From the NCBI GenBank assembly GCA_036835125.1, contig DAITMO010000001.1:319508-383507 (forward strand): 64,000 bases of DNA, written 5' to 3'. This document shows positions 63,157-64,000 of this stretch, piece after piece; within the stretch, counting starts at the first letter, position 1; every line of letters starts with the position of its first letter. The notes below the pieces were generated by a model. It made no database searches. It was given only the letters and a program-made list of their open reading frames with translations, and was not told where the DNA came from. The stretch comes from Patescibacteria group bacterium. GTDB taxonomy: Bacteria > Patescibacteriota > Microgenomatia > UBA8517. Both the position numbers and the translations under genes were made by a program.

Positions 63157-63996
63157 ATGAAAACAAAAAATAATAGTTATTTGTTTGATCTTTTTAATCT
63201 CAAAAACCAGGTTGTTATACTAACTGGGGGATTGGGAAAATTGGGCACCCAATACGCTGAAGCTCTAATAAAAGCAAATGCTCGTGTTGCAATTTTTGAT
63301 GTTTCAGATGAAATAAATGAACGACTTCGTTCACTGGCAAAAGATTTTCCTCTGATGTTCTTGAAAGTTGATGTTACCAACGAAAAAGAAGTTAAAAAAG
63401 CATTAGAGAAAGTTATCAGTAGGTGGCAGGTTCCGACCATATTGATTAACAATGCCGGATGGAAAGCATCTCCAAGTGTTTCTTTAGGTGCCGGTTTGCC
63501 CTTTGAGGACTATTCAGTTGCCTTGTGGAATGAGGTGTTTGATAAGAATTTAACCTCAGCGATGATTTGTTCGAAAGTTTTTGGAGCTAGAATTATTAAG
63601 GAAAATAAAAAAGGTGTGATTGTCAATATTGCTTCGGTGTATGCTCTTGTCTCTCCTGACCAAAGAATTTATAAATACAGAGAAAAAAGCGGTATGGGTA
63701 AGTTTGTTAAAGATGCCTCTTATAGCGCTTCAAAAGCGGCTTTAATAGCATTAACTAGAGATTTGAGTGTCCAATGGGCAGACAAAGGAATCCGTGTCAA
63801 TGCTATCGCTCCAGGGGGAGTATTAAGCATAAACGGTGATAAACAATTTATAAAAGCATATAAAAACAGGGTGCCGTTGAATAGAATGGCTAATGTCGAT
63901 GAGATGAACGGTGCAGTGATCTTTCTTGCCTCAACCGCCTCATCTTATATGACAGGTACGACTTTGGTTGTGGATGGAGGTCTAGTTGCCTGGTAA
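63157..63996 (+). CDS. SDR-family oxidoreductase
   Basis: [16 protein letters not shown] glycine motif; YSASKAAL catalytic YxxxK; 279 aa. Confidence 0.75.
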   Translation: MKTKNNSYLFDLFNLKNQVVILTGGLGKLGTQYAEALIKANARVAIFDVSDEINERLRSLAKDFPLMFLKVDVTNEKEVKKALEKVISRWQVPTILINNAGWKASPSVSLGAGLPFEDYSVALWNEVFDKNLTSAMICSKVFGARIIKENKKGVIVNIASVYALVSPDQRIYKYREKSGMGKFVKDASYSASKAALIALTRDLSVQWADKGIRVNAIAPGGVLSINGDKQFIKAYKNRVPLNRMANVDEMNGAVIFLASTASSYMTGTTLVVDGGLVAW

Positions 63997-64000
63997 TATT

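Overview
This 64 kb window is AT-rich (roughly 35% GC by eye) and densely packed with genes. Almost all are on the + strand, and many start/stop junctions overlap by 4 bp (ATGA), consistent with translational coupling. The content is essentially one giant cell-envelope glycosylation locus. No rRNA, tRNA, CRISPR array, transposase or integrase is recognisable.

Gene content:
- About 22 large polytopic membrane proteins that look like GT-C-fold glycosyltransferases (YfhO-like, GT39/PMT_2/ArnT-like with an N-terminal DE motif, DUF2029/PIG-V-like). Many of these sit in tandem paralog arrays.
- About 10 GT-A/GT2 enzymes, three GT4 enzymes and a GnT-I-like GT-A.
- Two polyprenyl-phosphate-sugar-synthase-like GT2 genes, one paired with a DUF2304-like small membrane protein.
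- A Wzx-like flippase, an MFS transporter and GDP-L-fucose synthase.
- Five SAM methyltransferase domains and a hexapeptide acetyltransferase.
- A terminal cluster (cytidylyltransferase, DegT aminotransferase, kinase, KdsC-like phosphatase, SDR and an HP-motif transferase) that suggests a CMP-activated ulosonic-acid-like sugar.
- Two Fic/Doc-family genes on the minus strand. One is a class-II auto-inhibited Fic. The other is a RhuM-Doc fusion next to a methyltransferase-GT2 fusion.

The gene density, overlaps, AT-richness and GT-C expansion fit a CPR/Patescibacteria (Microgenomates-like) genome under the standard genetic code. This lineage call is inference only.

The most interesting signals are the combinatorial expansion of GT-C paralogs (two triplet arrays, an inverted paralog pair and a duplicated two-gene cassette), a G9 homopolymer inside one GT-C gene that could be a phase-variation switch, and the ulosonic-acid-like cluster.
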